From NCBI RefSeq assembly GCF_009914755.1, contig NC_060930.1: a stretch of DNA of 64,000 bases; one strand, written 5' to 3'. Made by a program: the position numbers and the translations under genes. Below are positions 1 through 16,371 of this stretch, in pieces; position 1 is the stretch's first letter, and the number at the start of each line of letters is the position of its first letter. The notes beneath the pieces are model-generated. The model was not told where the DNA came from, ran no database searches, and worked only from the letters and a program-made list of their open reading frames with translations. Source of the DNA: the human T2T-CHM13v2.0 reference genome, Homo sapiens.

Positions 1-226
1 TACTGCAACCTCTGCCTCCCAGGTTCAAGCAATTCTCCTGCCTCAGCCTCCCAAGTAGCTGGAATTATAGGTGCCTGCCACCACTCCCAGTTAATTTTTG
101 TATTTTTAGTAGAGATGGGGTTTCACCATGTTAGCCAGGCTGGTCTCGAACTCCTGACCTCAAGTCATCCACCCACCTTGGCCTCCCAAAGTGCTGGGAT
201 TACAGGCATGAGCCACTGCACCCAGA
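1..226 (-). mobile_element. Alu (AluS-type), cut by window edge
   Basis: Reverse-complement Alu motifs: ctcctgcctcagcctcc, ctcccaaagtgctgggattacagg. Confidence 0.93.
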
Positions 227-685
227 CAATTTGAGAATTATTCTAAAAATATTAACTTTAAGTATTAATTTTTCCACTAAACGAAAATGCATTTATAAGT
301 TGCACCTTTCTATCTACTTATGGTACAGAAATACATTGATTCTTAATACAAATAAGGATGCCTGGCTCTATACATTGGGCAACTTGAGTTCTCAGGCCAA
401 GTCTGCCATTTATTTCTCCAAATGAAATAAACACTCCTTCTGTGTTTTAGTATTAATTTTGGATAGAGAGAGGCCACTGACTGTCATCCATCAACTACCC
501 AAGATAGTAATTATAATTGACATCTCCAAAAAAGATCACCTAAGAAATATTACCATATATTAGCTATAAAGTTTCAAGCAATATCAGATAAATTGATCCA
601 TTAAAAGTATAAAACCAATGAAACTAAGTTGGATATTTACCAAGCTCATAAACAACAAGCATTTTAAAAGTTATAGTTCCATTTT

Positions 686-2135
686 TAACAAATGGTGCCA
701 GAACAACTGGACATCTGCATGAAAAAAAAAAACACAATGCATCTAGACAGAGACCTTAGAACCTTTAGAAAACTTAATTCAAAATGGATCACAACCTTAA
801 ATATAAAACACAAAACTGTAACACAGATATATAACATAGAAGAAAAATCTAGTTCATCCAGAATTTGGTGACTTTTAAATACAACACAAAGGCATGATTC
901 ATGAAAGAATAAGCTAGACTTCATTAAAAATTAAAAATGTATGCCCTGCAAAAGATACTGTCAAAAGAGTAAAAAGGCAAGCCACAGACCGAGAGAAAAC
1001 ATTGGCAAAAGGCATATCTGATCAAAGACTGTTACCACAAATATACAAAGAACCCTCAAAATTCAACAATAAGAAAACACCCAAATATAAAAATAGGGCT
1101 AAAGACATGAACTGACACCTCACTAAAAATATATATAAAGATGGCAAATAAGTATTTGAAAAGATGGTCCACATCATATGTCATCATAAATATGCAGATT
1201 AAGACAATGAGATAACACTACACATCTATTAGAAAGGCCAAGATCCAGAAAACTGACAATGCCCAATGCTGGATATGGAGCAAGAGGAATTCTCATTCAT
1301 TGCTGGTGGGAATGCAAAAAGGTACAGCCATTGTGGAAAAGAGTCTGGTATATTTCATACAGAATTATGAAATAATTCATAATTATTCATAAGTATTTCA
1401 TACAGTATGTCATAAGACATACTCTTATAATATGACCCAGTAATTATGCTCCTTAATACTTACCCAGAGGAGTTGGAAATTTATGTTTACACAAAAACCT
1501 GCACATGGATGTATAGGCAGCTTTACGAATAGTTGTCAAAACTTGGAAACAACAGTGGTGTCCTTCAGTAGATGAATGGGTAAATAAATGATGGTACATC
1601 CACACAATGCAATATTATTCAATGCTGAAAAGAAATGAGCTATCAAGCCATGAAAAGACATGGAAGAAACTTAAATGCATATTACTTTGTGGAAAAAGCC
1701 AATTTGAAAGTCAACTACTCTATGATTCCAACTATATGACATTCTGGAAAAGGCAATGGTATGAGGACTGTAAAAGGATCAGGGATTGCCAGGAGTTGCG
1801 GAGAGTGAGGAATGAATAGGCTGAGCACAAGGGATTTTTAGGGCAGTGGAATTCCTCCATATGATACTAAAATGGTGGATACGTTTGTCCAGACCCATAG
1901 AAGGTACACATCATTAAGCCTGCATCCTAATGTAAACTACAGACTTTAGGTGATAATGATGATTTAATGTTGGTTCATTAATTGTAATAAATGTACTATT
2001 CTGGTGCAGGATACCAACAGTGGGGGAAGTTGTCCATGTGTGGGGACCAGGATATAGAGGAACTCTGTACTTTCTACCCAATCTTTCTGTGAATCTAAAA
2101 TTGCTTTAAGAAATAAAATTGGTTAATGTAAAAAA
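686..2135 (+). mobile_element. Old L1 (L1MC-like) ORF2 end and 3' UTR
   Basis: aaatggtgccagaacaactgg...; 3' UTR motif aaatgagctatcaagccatgaaaagacatgg; A-rich end. Confidence 0.8.
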
Positions 2136-3279
2136 GAATTATAGTTTCAAATAAGATGGAAAATTAGTAGGCTAAGATAAATGCCCACATCAGAAATAAC
2201 AGCTAAGTTCCAAAAGAAAAGATGAATTGGTAGTAAAGGCATGATGCCACATTGATAAGGAAAGGTAAATTGTATAGTGAAGAAAAGCAGTCTGGAAGTG
2301 TATTTCTGACTTAAGACCGTAACTTAACAGAGAAAAAAATAATTTTGGAGAAGTATCCTTTTTGAATAGTATGGAGAAAACTCATCAGCCATCCTGAATA
2401 AAGAACAACCAGCAGTGGAGGCAAATGTCCATTGGATAACCACATTAGTCCTAAGGCCAATGACATCAGCTAAGAGCATACTTAATCTTGTTTCTTTTGA
2501 ACATGAATTGTCCAAACAAGAAAATAAGGAGTTAAGATATAAAAGCCACTCCAAGCTGGAGATGGTATCTTCACATCGGCACAGATGGGAATTCAGTTAT
2601 TTGAATAATTCAAATCAGTTGTTCAACTGAGTTACTGAATTCCAATTGAGTTATTTCTACAACTGAGGTAAAGTGTCCATCTGCAGACTTCAGATGGGAG
2701 AAACAACTGTAAAGATATAGATGGTGCCACCTAGGGAACATGGGAAGCAAACCCAAATCTTTGAAAAGGACAGGTGGAGGAGTCCACATCCTTGTTACAG
2801 GGGAAATGATGTCTGTGTTAACTCGAGTGTTATAAGGAACTCTAGAAAATGGTGAGGAGAAGAGAAAGGTTTCCAATAGCCATGAAGGCATTTCTACGCT
2901 GGTGGTAAAAGCCTTCCAGTGACCAAATTCTACACAGTCCATCTCATATGACAGCAAAGAATGGCTTGTGTTAGGCAATTCCTTACATAATTAGCCATCA
3001 CAACAATGTAAATGTGTGAATTTTGAACTCATTATTAATTCTTAAGTAGATTATAACTTTACTCATTATAATGTAGAATTCTGTGGATTGCTTCCATGAG
3101 CTTATCAATTCCTAATCACCTCACAGTGAGATAAGATCTCACTTGGTGAATTAAGGATCATTCCATATTAATCTTTTAATGATTTCCTTTAAAGTGATAC
3201 TGAGGTAATCGACATCTTAAGAACAAAATACTTCAAACAAAATGCTTTGTATTTTACAAAATGCAGATTTATAGATCAT

Positions 3280-6200
3280 ACTTTTTTTATACTTTAGGTT
3301 ATGTTATATAGAATGAAATGCATAAATTTGAAGGATATTAGTGAGTATGAAAATATATGCAGTCTGTAATGACCACACCAATGATGACAAGTAATGTTTT
3401 TATCACCCAGAAACCTCGTTTTCTAGTCAATGTCCCTCATCGAACCCCAGCAACTGCCAGTTTAAATTCCAGCACAATCACTAACATTATTGTTTTGCCT
3501 GTTGTAGAACTGCATTACAATAGTATCATATAGTAGTATGTAACCACTTTGCTCAAACTAACATTTGTGTGATTCAACCATGTTGTCTCATGATTCAGAG
3601 TTCATAACTTTAAAAATTGCTGAATAGTACAGTATTCCATTGTTTAAATGTCCAAAGTTGTGTATCTAGCCCCTGTTGCTGGACATTTAGGTTGCCACCA
3701 GGTGGGATATACTAAGAGTAATGTTGCTATGAATGTGTGTCCTAGCCTGTGTGTGAAAGTACACTTTCATTCCTCTTGGATAAAAATACCTGAGAGTGAA
3801 CTGCTAGAACACAGTATAAGAACATGTTCAGCTTTATTAAAACAAAACAAAATAAAAACAAAACAACTAAGGTGTTTTCTAAAGCAGCTGTACAAATTCT
3901 ATACTCTTACCAGCAATATATGAGTATTTCAGCTGCTTGACATCCTTGCTGTATTAGTCCATTTTCACACCGCTATAAAGAATTACCTGATACTGGGTAA
4001 TTTATAAAGAAAAGAGGTTTAATTGACTCACAGTTCCACATGGCTGGGGAGGCCTCAGCAAACTTACAATCATGGCGAAGGTGAAAGGGAAGCAAGTATT
4101 ATATGGCTGCAGGAGAGAGAGAGCAAGCAAAGTGGGAGGTGCCACACACTTTCAAACAACCAGATCTGGGTGAGAATTCATTCACTATCATGAGAATGGC
4201 AAAGGGAAAATCTGTCCCCATGACTCAATCACCGCTCACCAGGCCCCTCCCTTGACACATGCAGATTACAATCCGAGATGAGATTTAGGTGGGGACACAG
4301 CCAAACAATATCACTTGCCAACAACTGATAATGTTGGTCTTTGTAATTTTGGCCATTCTAGTGGGTGCATAATGGTACATACACCACCCTGGTTTTACCT
4401 TATGATTAGAGATGTTGAGAAAATTCCATGTGTTTATTGGCTTTAAATTCTGTAAAAATCTTTCATATAATTTTTTTCTTGGGTTGTTTTATTATTGACT
4501 TTACAAAGTTATATAATACCTTCGTCAAACATAAATACTGAGAATATTTTCTCACATTATGTGGCTTGTCTTTTCATTTCCTTAAAGGTACCTTTTAAGG
4601 ATCTTGTTTTTTAGCATGATGAAGTCTCATCTGTCATTTATTTGTTTAAAGGTTCATCCATTTTTGTGCCTACCCTAAGGTCATGAAGATTTTCTCCCAT
4701 GTTTTGTTTTAGAAATTTTATAATTTTAATTCTTATATTTAGGTCTCTCATCCAACTAAAACTGGTAAAGAACCATTTGCAGAAAAGACAGTTGTTCATA
4801 TACAAAAAATATAATTGATTTTTTAAAAAATGTTGACCACATAGCCTGTAAACTTGCTTAATTCGCTTATTAATTCTAGTACATTTTTTGGAGATGACTT
4901 AGGTGTTTTTCAGTAGATGGCATGTAATTTAAAAATAAAGTCAGATTTACTTTTTTCTTTCAAATCTTTATGCCTTTCATTTCTATTTCTTTCTATAATT
5001 CACTGGCTAGGACCTCCAATTCAGAGTACTACAGAACTAGACAGAGGGGGTATTACTTAATATATGAACTATCATCACGGGGGCTATGATGTGTTCATAC
5101 ACTTTTTACAATATTAAAGAAGTTCCATTGTATTCCTAGTTTTCTGAGATTTTTGGCCTTCATAAATGGAGGTGTAATTTTGTCAGATGCTTTTTCTACA
5201 TCTATTGTAATAATCATATGATGTCTCTTCTTCATTCTGTTGTGGTGAATTTTGGAAATGTTAAGCCAGTTTCCTAATCCTGCAATAAAATTCTTGTTAT
5301 GACATATGATCTTGTTATATGTGATTGAACATGTTATATTTTGTTATGAATTTTACAGTTATACTTTTACAGTTATATATGGTCATGAGTTTTATAGTTA
5401 GATCCAAAGGGAATACTGAACTTGAATTTACTGTTTTTGTGATGTTTTTGACAGACTTTGGAAATCAGGATTATTTAGCCTTCATAAAATAAGGTAGGAA
5501 ATGGTTCTTGTCCTTCTTTTGGAAAGCTTTTGTGCAAGATTGTTTGATAGCAACCCCACATGAAGCTGTTGAGGCCTGGTCCTGAGGGATGGGTGGTTTG
5601 TTTGTTTGTTTGTTTTAAGATTAGATTTCTTCAATGAAATATTCAGAGTTCTTTTTGGTTCAAGTATAGTAAGCTGGATTTCTCAAAAAATTTATCCGGT
5701 TCATCTAAGTTTCAAATTTATTAGCATATTATTTATAATACTCTCTTATTATCCCAATGTAATCTAAGTGCTATCCCCTCTTTCACTGTCAACATTGGCA
5801 ATTGGTGTTAATATTTTCTTTTTTTTCCTTAATTAGTCAGAATTGTATCCATTTTAATAGTCTTTTCAAAGAACTACTGGCATTTCGAATCTTCCTTCTG
5901 TTGCTTGCTTTATGTTTTATTGCTCTCTTATCCAGATTATTTACTTCCCACAAGTTAGGCTTTAATTTACTCTTTTTTTCTAGCTGCTTAAGGATTTAAA
6001 TCACTGATGAACATACACATTGAAAGTTATACATTTCCCTCTCAGCACTGTTTTAGCTGCATCCTACAGATTTTGATATAGTTTGTTTTCACTGTCATTC
6101 TGGTTGAGGTATTCTCGGACTTCCCGTGGAGTGTCTCTTTTGACTCATGGGTTATTTAGAAGTATACTGTTTACTTTCCAAATGGTTGGGGTTTTCCAGA

Positions 6201-7800
6201 TAGCTTATCATTATTTTTAATTTAATTCCTCTGTGGTAAAATAATACTCCTAAGACTTCAATCTTTTGAAATTTATTGACAAATTAGGTCACAATAGTGT
6301 CGTTTAGATCTCTGTTAGCCTTAGCGAACTTTTACATAGTTCTTCTGTAAGTTACTTAAGGAGGGATATAAAACTCTCCAACTAGGATTTTGGATTTGTT
6401 TACTTTTTAGTTCTGTGTTTTTTTGTTCGTTTGTTTTTGAAGCTTTGTTATTAGGTGCATGTACATTCTGCATTTATTATGTCTTTTGTACATTGACCAT
6501 TTCAGAGTAAACTTGACCTCTTTATATCTGGCAATGTTTCCTATCTTAAAGATTATTTTGTACAATTTTAATATAGGTACACCAGTTTTTTTTTTTTAAT
6601 GCTGTTGCCATGGTATATCTTTATCATTTGCTTTCAACAAATCTTTCTACTTAAAGTGCATACGTCATAGACAACATGGAACTCGGTCTTGCTATTTAGC
6701 TGGTCTGATCATTTCTGGCTAATTCAGATATTCAGTCTATGTATATTTAATTTAATTGTTGGTTTTATTAGGTTCAAATGTACCATCTTGGGATTTGTTT
6801 TCTATTTGTTGAATCTGTTTTTGCTCCTCTTGTCCTGCTTCCCTGTGGTTTTATCAAATGTACTTTTACTATTCAATATTTTTGTCTACTTTTAAAAGCT
6901 ATACAGTTTCAGTAGATAAATATGCATATTCTAATCTCTAGGGAAACTGTAAAAAGAGCAAATCTCTTTTTTTTACTCTTTTTACAGTTTCCCTGGGGAT
7001 TATAATATGCATACTTATCTACTGAAAATTAATGTTCTTCCACTTAACACTTCACTCTACCCTTCACAAATGTAAGAAACTTATAACTATAGAATATATA
7101 GAACTATAATTCTACATAGTCTCATCCTTTGTGCTGTTTTCATATTTAATCACTACATATGATACAAACCCTATCTTACCCTAGTATTATTTTTGCTTGA
7201 ACCACTCATTCATTTTTTAGAAAAATAGAAGAAACAGTATTCTGTTAATATGTTCTATTTATCTACATATTTGCTACTTTACCTTCCTACAGACTGAGTT
7301 TTCATCTGGTAATTCATCACTCTGAGGTTTCTCCTTTAGTATGTCATGTTATTCCTGTCTGCTGACAACATATTCTTCCAGCTTTTATTTATCACAAAAA
7401 TGTCCTTATTTCAGCCTCCTTTTTTGAAGAATGTTTCTAATGGACATAGGATTTGGAACAGACAGTGCTTTGAATACGTCCATGTTTTTGCTCTCCATGA
7501 TTTCTGGCAAGAAACACGCATCATGTGTAGTATTTTACCCTGTTTGTTACGTGTTGTTTCTCCCTGGTACTTTATTATTCTCAAATTTCTTTGGGGCTCA
7601 ATTTTATAATTTTCACTTCTCTGCTAAAATTCTGCATTTTTTCACTCCTTAAAATCAATTTTTGTTTAACACCTTGAACATATTTAGAGTCACTGATTTC
7701 CAGTCCTTCCCTGCTAATTCCACAATCTAAGTCATCTTGGGCTCTGTTTCTCCTGACTGCTTATGTCTTCTTGATTGTGGGTCCTATTTTCCTGCTTCTT
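3280..7800 (-). mobile_element. Old degenerate L1M, interrupted by a THE1 LTR; boundaries approximate
   Basis: T-rich antisense L1 motifs (ggacatttaggttg, ttggccattctagtgggtg, ctggctaggacctccaat, ttccctctcagcactgttttagctgcatcc). Confidence 0.7.
3950..4313 (-). mobile_element. THE1 (C/D-like) MaLR solo LTR with 5-bp TSD CTTGC
   Basis: TG...CA termini, 364 bp; reverse complement begins tgatattgtttggctgtgtccccacc; CTTGC at 3945-3949 and 4314-4318. Confidence 0.9.
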
Positions 7801-7810
7801 TATATTTGTA

Positions 7811-7997
7811 GTAAAGGGCCAGATAGTAAATACTTCAATTTTGGTGGGCTATATGTAACATCTGTCACATATCTTTTTTTTTCTGTTCTTTTTTGTTTAC
7901 CAGTGCATTACAAACGTAAACTCATCCCAGTTTGTGGGCTGTGCACACAGACAGGGCACACCAGATGTGGCCTGAGGCTTTAGAGTGCCAACCCCTA
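7811..7997 (-). mobile_element. MER58-type hAT-Charlie MITE
   Basis: gtaaagggccagatagtaaata start and tgccaacccct end resemble MER58 termini. Confidence 0.65.
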
Positions 7998-9514
7998 TTT
8001 CTGACAGTCCATTATGAGAAATCTGGGTCATGATGTCTCCCTTTTGAGTTTATTTCTGCCAGGCTGTTACTTCACTAGTGGATCTCCCCAATCCTGTGGA
8101 AGTTTGAGTTTACGCTTTGGTTAGGAGAATCAAGTATTGTCTTTGTTCCACAGTGTGGTCCATACCCACGATATGGCTTTGCTGATACTCTATCCTGTGG
8201 TGTGGACAAGCTCTCTCTACTCTAGATGAGCTGAAAGTCTGTTTCCAAATACTGTGTGATCCCTACAATCTCCGTGGGATGCTTAACTCTGCACACTGTG
8301 GCACTCTCAACTGCTCTGCTAGGGCCTGTGAAATTCCACCCCAGGTATGAGAAACTCAGGCCCAGCCACTGACCCGTGAGGAGCTTCTGCAGATTCTTGG
8401 CATCTCAGCACAATTCCCACATCTCCCGGATTCTACCCAGTGCTGCTATAAGGCTCTGCTTTCGTTCCACTGCCCTGTCCCAGAGTCAGGAAATTATCCT
8501 CAACTGGATAAATGTAGGAGTTCATATGTTTCACTTTTCTCAAGGATTACAGTCCTTTATCACCTACCATCCAATGTCAGTTGCCTAGAGGTACTCCCAT
8601 AAAGAGTGGATGTTGTAGGAGGAGGCAACTGGGAGGACATGGATGGATTTATTGGAGATACAGGCTCAACTGTAGTTTGGAAAAACTGCTGAGGAGAAAC
8701 TGGGGAAGAGGTGGCTGGGAGGAGCCATCCTATGGTGAGACAAATCTCAAATAACCGAGTGCTGGAAACGGGCCTTGAAAGGGCCCATATTTGACTGACT
8801 CTGTCTGTAAAGCAATGTCTCCCCCAAATACTGTTGTTGTAAACAATAAAGCCACCAGCTGATGGCTGTTGGAACTTAAGAGTAGGGTGTGGGTCAGGAA
8901 AAGAGACAGTCAAAGAGACATGCCAAAACCACTGTCCTTCCAGGTGACTGTGGGTACACCAATGCTGTCCCCTTTGAGGATCAACATCAAAGGCTTAATA
9001 CTGGGGGGTTCATTACTTAAGGGAAAAAGACAATTTGCTTTCCCCCAAAGAACAGGAACAAGAAGAATGCCTGCTCTTGCCACTTAAATTCAGCACAAGC
9101 CAGACATTTATCAAATAGAAAGAAAAGGCAAACAGATTAAAAGAGAATTGTATAACTATCTCTATTTGAAGATGACATAATCTTATGTGTGTACAGAGAT
9201 GCCTAAGCATTAGAAGTAATAAATGCGTTCATCAAGGTTTCAAGATACAAGATAAGCAGTACAGAAATCAATAAACAGGCCTAAAAGACATGTACAGAGC
9301 ACTCCACCAAACACCACAGAATATATATTCTTTTTGAGTACAGATGGAACATCCCCCAGGCTAAATCAAATGTCAGGAAATAAAACAAGCCTCATTAGAT
9401 TTAAAAGAATAAAAATAATATAAAGTATGTTCTTTGACCACAATTAAATCAATAACAAAAAGAAACTTGGAATCTTCAAACATTTATGGAAATTTAAAAA
9501 CATATTCTCATATG

Positions 9515-10009
9515 ACTATTATGCACGAAATTGTGTCCCTCAAAGAGATATGCTGAAGTCCTGACAGTTCCTCAGAACGTGACCTTATATAGAAATAGTG
9601 TTCTTCCAGACATAATTCGTTAAGATGAGGAAATATTGGAAAAGTGTGGGCCCTTAATACAATATGACTGGTGTCCTTATAGGAAGAGGAAAGTGATACA
9701 AAGAAGGAAAGACACCAGGGGAATACAGAGACACACAGGTATCTCATCACTGGCATGTGATGATGGAGGCAGAGATTGGAGTGATACTCTCATAGACTAC
9801 AAATGCCTGAAGTTGCCAGTATCTGTTAAAAAGTAGGAGAGAAACATTGAACTTACTGTCCTTCTGAACCCTCCAGAAGGAACCAACGTTGCCGGTACCT
9901 TGATTTCAGACTTCTGGCCTTAAGAATTGTGAGAAAATAAATTTCTATTGTTTTAAGCCATCTGGTTTGTGGTATACTTTGTTAACAGCAGTCCTAGAAT
10001 ATGAATACA
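9515..10009 (+). mobile_element. MLT1C-like MaLR solo LTR
   Basis: gtgaccttat...gttaagatgagg; ggaggcagagattggagtgat; ccttgatttcagacttctggcc; ends aataca. Confidence 0.8.
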
Positions 10010-11308
10010 ATAACAAATGTATCAAAGTTAAGAAATTAAAAAGGAAATGTGAAAATCCCTTGAGATGTATGAAAATAAAGACACAATATATCAAAGCTCA
10101 TGGGATGCAGTTAAACAGTAGTTAGAGGAAAATTTAGAGCTATGAATGTCTATATTAAGAAAGAAGAAATAATTCAAATTAATAACCTAAACTGCCTTAA
10201 GACTGAAAAAGGAGGAGCTAACTAAAACTAAAGCAAACAGAAGTAAGCAAATAAAGATTACAAAAGAAATACATGAAATTTGGATGAGAAAAACATTAGA
10301 AAAAAATCAATGATACCAAAAGCTGGTTATTTGAAAAGATCAACAAAACTGACAAACTTTTAAGCTAGACTGACCAAGAAAAGACAGAGAGGGAGAGGGA
10401 GAAAAAGAAAGACGATTCAACTTAATAAGGAACAGAAACGAAAAAGGGAACTTTACTACCAATCTTACAGAAATAAAAAGGATCATAAAGAACTACCATG
10501 AACAACTGTATGCCAATAAAGTAGACAAGTTAGTTGAAAATGGACAAATTTCTAGAAAGACACAAGTGACTAAATATGACATAAGAAGAAATAGTCAATG
10601 TGAATAGACCTATAAAAAGTACAAAGACTGAATTAGCAGTCAAAGGGAAAAATAACAACCACAAAGAAACATCTATACCCACATGACTTCACTGGTAAAT
10701 TCTATACATTTGAAGATGAATTAATACAAATTCTTCATAAACTCTTCCAAAAAAACAGTAGAGGAGGGAATACTTCCCAGCTAATTCCATGAGGCCAGTG
10801 TTACCCTGACACCAAAATAAGACAAATACCACAAAAAAGAAAAGTACAGACCAGTATAATTTATGAATACAGGCACTAATGTCCTCAACGAAATATCATC
10901 AAGCCAAATCCAGCAATATATAGAACAACTATACACCATTATTACCTGATATCTATCATAGGAATGCAAGGTTGGTTTAACATCTAAATATCAATTAATC
11001 TAATGCACCTTACTAATAGAATAAATAACAAAAACTGCTTGATAATCTCGATAGATGCAGATAAAGCATATGACAAAATCCAACACCCATTCACAATAAA
11101 AAAAATAAACACTCAACAAATCAGAATTAGAAGGAAACTTCCTCAACCTGATAAAGTTCATCTATAAAATACCCATATCTAATACCACACTTAATGGTGA
11201 AAGACTAGATGCTTTCCCCCTGAAATCAGAAACAAGAAAAGGATGTCTTCTCTTGTCACTGATATTCAGCATAAGCCAAACCAATGATTAAATAAAAAGA
11301 AAGAAATG

Positions 11309-11709
<401 letters not shown>

Positions 11710-12217
11710 CTAAGCAATGCACCAAAAAATTATTAGAAGAAATGAGTTCATTAAGGTGTCAAGATATAAGATCGGTAGTACAAAAATCAATTATTTCTAC
11801 ATACTAACAATAAAAAATGTGAAAATAAAATTAACAAAATTCCACTTACAATATTATCAAAACAATAAAATCCTTAGTAATAAATTTAACAATAGAAGTA
11901 CAAAATATGGACTTGAAAACTAGAAAACATGGTTGAAAAATATTAAAGAACAAGTAAGTAAATGGAAAAGCATCTCATATTCACAGACTTAATATTGTTA
12001 AGACGGCAATACTTCCAAAATTGATTTACAGATTCAACATTTTCTGCATCAGAATCCTAGCTAGCTTTTCTTTAGAAACTGACAAGGTGATTCACATGGA
12101 ATTGCTAGAGACCCAGAATAGTGAAAACAATATCGGGAAAGAAGAGAGGAAGGAAGGATCAGTAACAGAAAAGCACTTACTGTTATTCTACATATTTGTA
12201 ACTCTAGATAATACAAG

Positions 12218-12587
12218 TTTCTATAGACTGAATGTTTCTTTCCCCTAAAATTAATATGTTAAATCCTAATGTCCAACATGTTAGTATTTGGAGGTGGGAC
12301 TTTTGGAAGGAAGGTGATTATGTCATGAGGGTAGAGCCCTCATGAATGGGATTAGTTCCCACATAATAGAAACCTCAGAGAGCTCCCTCCCTTCTTCCAT
12401 CAAGTGAGGTGGCAGCTAGAAGATGGCTCTCTAGGAACCAGAAAACAGGCCCTCACTCAAATTGAGACACTCAAACTGCCAGTAGCTTGATTCTGGAATA
12501 CTCATACCCCAAATATGTGAGAAGTAACCTTTTATAAGCCACCCAGTCTATGGTATTTCGTTATAATAGCCTGAAGGGACTAAGACA
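12218..12587 (+). mobile_element. MLT1A-type MaLR solo LTR
   Basis: gtcatgagggtagagccctcatgaatgggattag; taagccacccagtctatggtattt; ends ctaagaca. Confidence 0.8.
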
Positions 12588-13358
12588 CACATATAATCTA
12601 TAAAGAAAGAACACATTGATTTCTATGCCTGGGGTAGGGAAATTTGATTGGAAAAAGGTAGAGTGGTGGCAGACTTTTTTATACCTTTACTGTGACTCTG
12701 CTAGTAGTTGCATTTGCCAAAACTTAAAATTAGTGTAATTACACCTAAATAAAGTTGCTTTAACAATCATCTTTTCTGTCTTGGCCAGGAAGAAAATATT
12801 GATCAACTATAAAATTTTAACTTAATAGTTATATTCTTTTTACAACAATCCAAAGAAGTCTCTAGGAACAAAATAAAAAATAAAAAACAAGCAAACATCC
12901 AAAGTATTTCGAAATTAGAAAATTACTTTGAAATAACCTCTACATCAACAAGGAAACAAAAGCAGAAATAAATAATCTAAAAACTAAGGAAAAGTACTTC
13001 ATCAAAACTTGCAAGGTATAGTTCAGTCAATGCCCAGATCATAATACATATAATCTGATTATTTCATTACTATTCAATCAGAGAAACAAGAAAAAAATCC
13101 AAAAGTATAGTGAAAGCATAAAAATAAAAGTTAAAATTAATGAAAGAACAGACAACAAATAAATGAAAAATTTTATAAAAGTTAGTTTTATTAAAAAGGA
13201 GTAATTAAAAATTCCCAGGCAAAATGGATTATATAAGAAAGGAAGAAATAAAAATGTAAAACACTGAAAATTAGATATAAATACAAATTTAGTAATATCA
13301 ATTAAATTTTAAGTGAAAATAATCTGTGCATACATTTTTTATGAAGTTTTAAATCTCA

Positions 13359-13822
<464 letters not shown>

Positions 13823-15290
13823 TAAAAGGTGACTGGATAGTTTCACAAATGAGTAATTCCCAAAATGATTAAATGAACCTTCCCAAAATGGTTAACATTA
13901 GTTATTTAAAGTCTTCCAGATCAGAAAGAAAGATCAATAGCTTCTAGCAAATTATAATGTACAAAAAAGACAACTATATGTCAAAATTAATAGATTACAT
14001 GCAAATATGCTAAAAAAGAAAATTTTATTTCCTCAGCCTATTAAAGAACTAATTCCATGGAAAAGTACAGTTCAGGAAATTAAGGAGTGGCACAAAATTA
14101 GAAAATTTAAAAACCTATTCATCAAATAAGAAATCAGTAACACTAAGAAATTAGAGAAAAACCTTCTATCCATGGAACATGGATACAGATAAACCTTATA
14201 CATGATAAACATGATTTATCAAGATACATCAAATACTACCTTAAAAATTAAAACTCTAAACTCATGTCTATTAAAGTCATGCACATATTAGAATGTGCTT
14301 GCTTTCTTCACAATAAGCTAATATTGTGTTGTAAATTCTAGCTATGCAGTCAGATCAGAAAGCAAAATACATACAAACATCAGAAAAGTAGAACAAATTT
14401 TATTCATTTGTAGATGACATTACTATATACCTTAAAAAGCCAAGAGACTAAAATAAAACTTTTCAGCTGATAAAGAGTATATAATGAAATGGCTAGATAC
14501 TAAACAAAGTTTTAAGATTCTGGTAATCATAGAATAATAATAATAAATTCTAGATAGAACTAAAAACAAATCTTGAAGATGCTGTCTAGTACCTAAAAAC
14601 TGGCGTAAGTGGAAGAAGATTTAAACGTTGAAAGGCAAGACCACGTTGGGTGACATCCTTATTTACACAGCTCTTCTCCTAAGGGCATGTCATAAATACA
14701 GCCCAAAAGAAAGTCAGGGCCCATTGAGAAGGGAGAGTCTGGGGATGTCAGAGCACACACAAGTTGAGGAGGGAAATCCTAGAAAGCAGGGAGAACCACA
14801 GAAGTGGAAGTCCCCAAATTGGAATTCATACAAATCCCTGACAGAGTACACCAAGGCCAAAACAGAAATGGAACCACCCAACTAAAGCTTAAAGGAACAT
14901 ACTCATATATTTAGGATGATTGATGAGAAATGCAACTGGCCACTAGGATAAAAGTTAATTACCTTCAGAGAAAGACAAGAGCATCCAGAAAGATAATGGA
15001 GCTTGTTGCCCATTATGTAATATACAAATATAAAAAAATTACTAGCCATGTAAAGAAACTGAAAAATGTATTACACTGTCTAGAGTAAAATCAGTCAACA
15101 AGACAAAACTCATAGAAAACCCAGATAGTGAAAATTCAGACAACAATCTCTAAATAATGTACAGATACGCTAAAGAATCTTCAGGAAAATATATATTTAG
15201 AAAAGATAGGTGAAGAGATGGGGAATTTCAGGAGAAACATAGCAGCTATAAAAATGAATGAAAAGGAAATCCCAGAACTTGAAAATATTA

Positions 15291-15352
15291 CATATATATA
15301 TATACACACACACATATGTGTGTGTGTGTGTGTGTGTGCGTGCATCTGTGTG
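15291..15352. repeat. Compound (TA)n(CA)n(TG)n microsatellite
   Basis: Direct reading. Confidence 0.9.
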
Positions 15353-16052
15353 TATTTTCTAAAAATCACAACATGAGGTTAACTACAGATTGGACAGAAT
15401 ATTAGGAAAAAAAACAGTGAGATTAGACAGATCACAACAAAATACACAAACCATTACCAGTGAAAAACCATACAGAGCCTTAATAACCTGTAACACAGTA
15501 TAAAGGGGTCTAACAGAAGTGTCAGAGTCTCAGAAGAAAAGAGACATAATGGGGCAGAAAAAACATCTGAAGAAATGTAATGCTTGAAACTTCTCCAAAC
15601 TTCACTGAAATCAGCAGCCCACAGACCCAGAAACCTCAGAAGACACCAAGAAGAATGACTGTAAAAGCGGTCAGGGTAAAAGATCACAGTATACTGAGGA
15701 GAACAACAACTGCTGACTTTTCCCCTCAGGAGGGGGAAAAAAAAAAAGACAGAGGCCAGAAGACCATTTACTGACTTTTATGAAATGATGAAAAAATAAT
15801 CTGCCCACTAAGAACTCTAAGTCCAGTGAAAATATCTTTAAAAAGCGAAGCCACAATAAAGCCATTCTTAGATTAAAAAAAAACAAAAACAAAAAACAAA
15901 AACAAAAAAACACCTCAAAGGATCTGCTGTCAACACACTGAGAGATGTTAAAGGAGGTTATTTGGGCTCAAATGAAATGATAGAAGTTGGAAATTTGGAT
16001 TTACATTAATGAATTAAAAACAGAGGAAATGGTATACATGTGAAAAATATAA

Positions 16053-16371
<319 letters not shown>

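Noticed and set aside
2324-2978. ORFs of 71-122 aa in the unique island
   Set aside because: No recognisable domain or supporting splice structure
4040-4052. PRDM9 hotspot motif in the THE1 LTR
   Set aside because: Reads CCTCCCCAGCCAT on the minus strand, two mismatches from CCTCCCTNNCCAC
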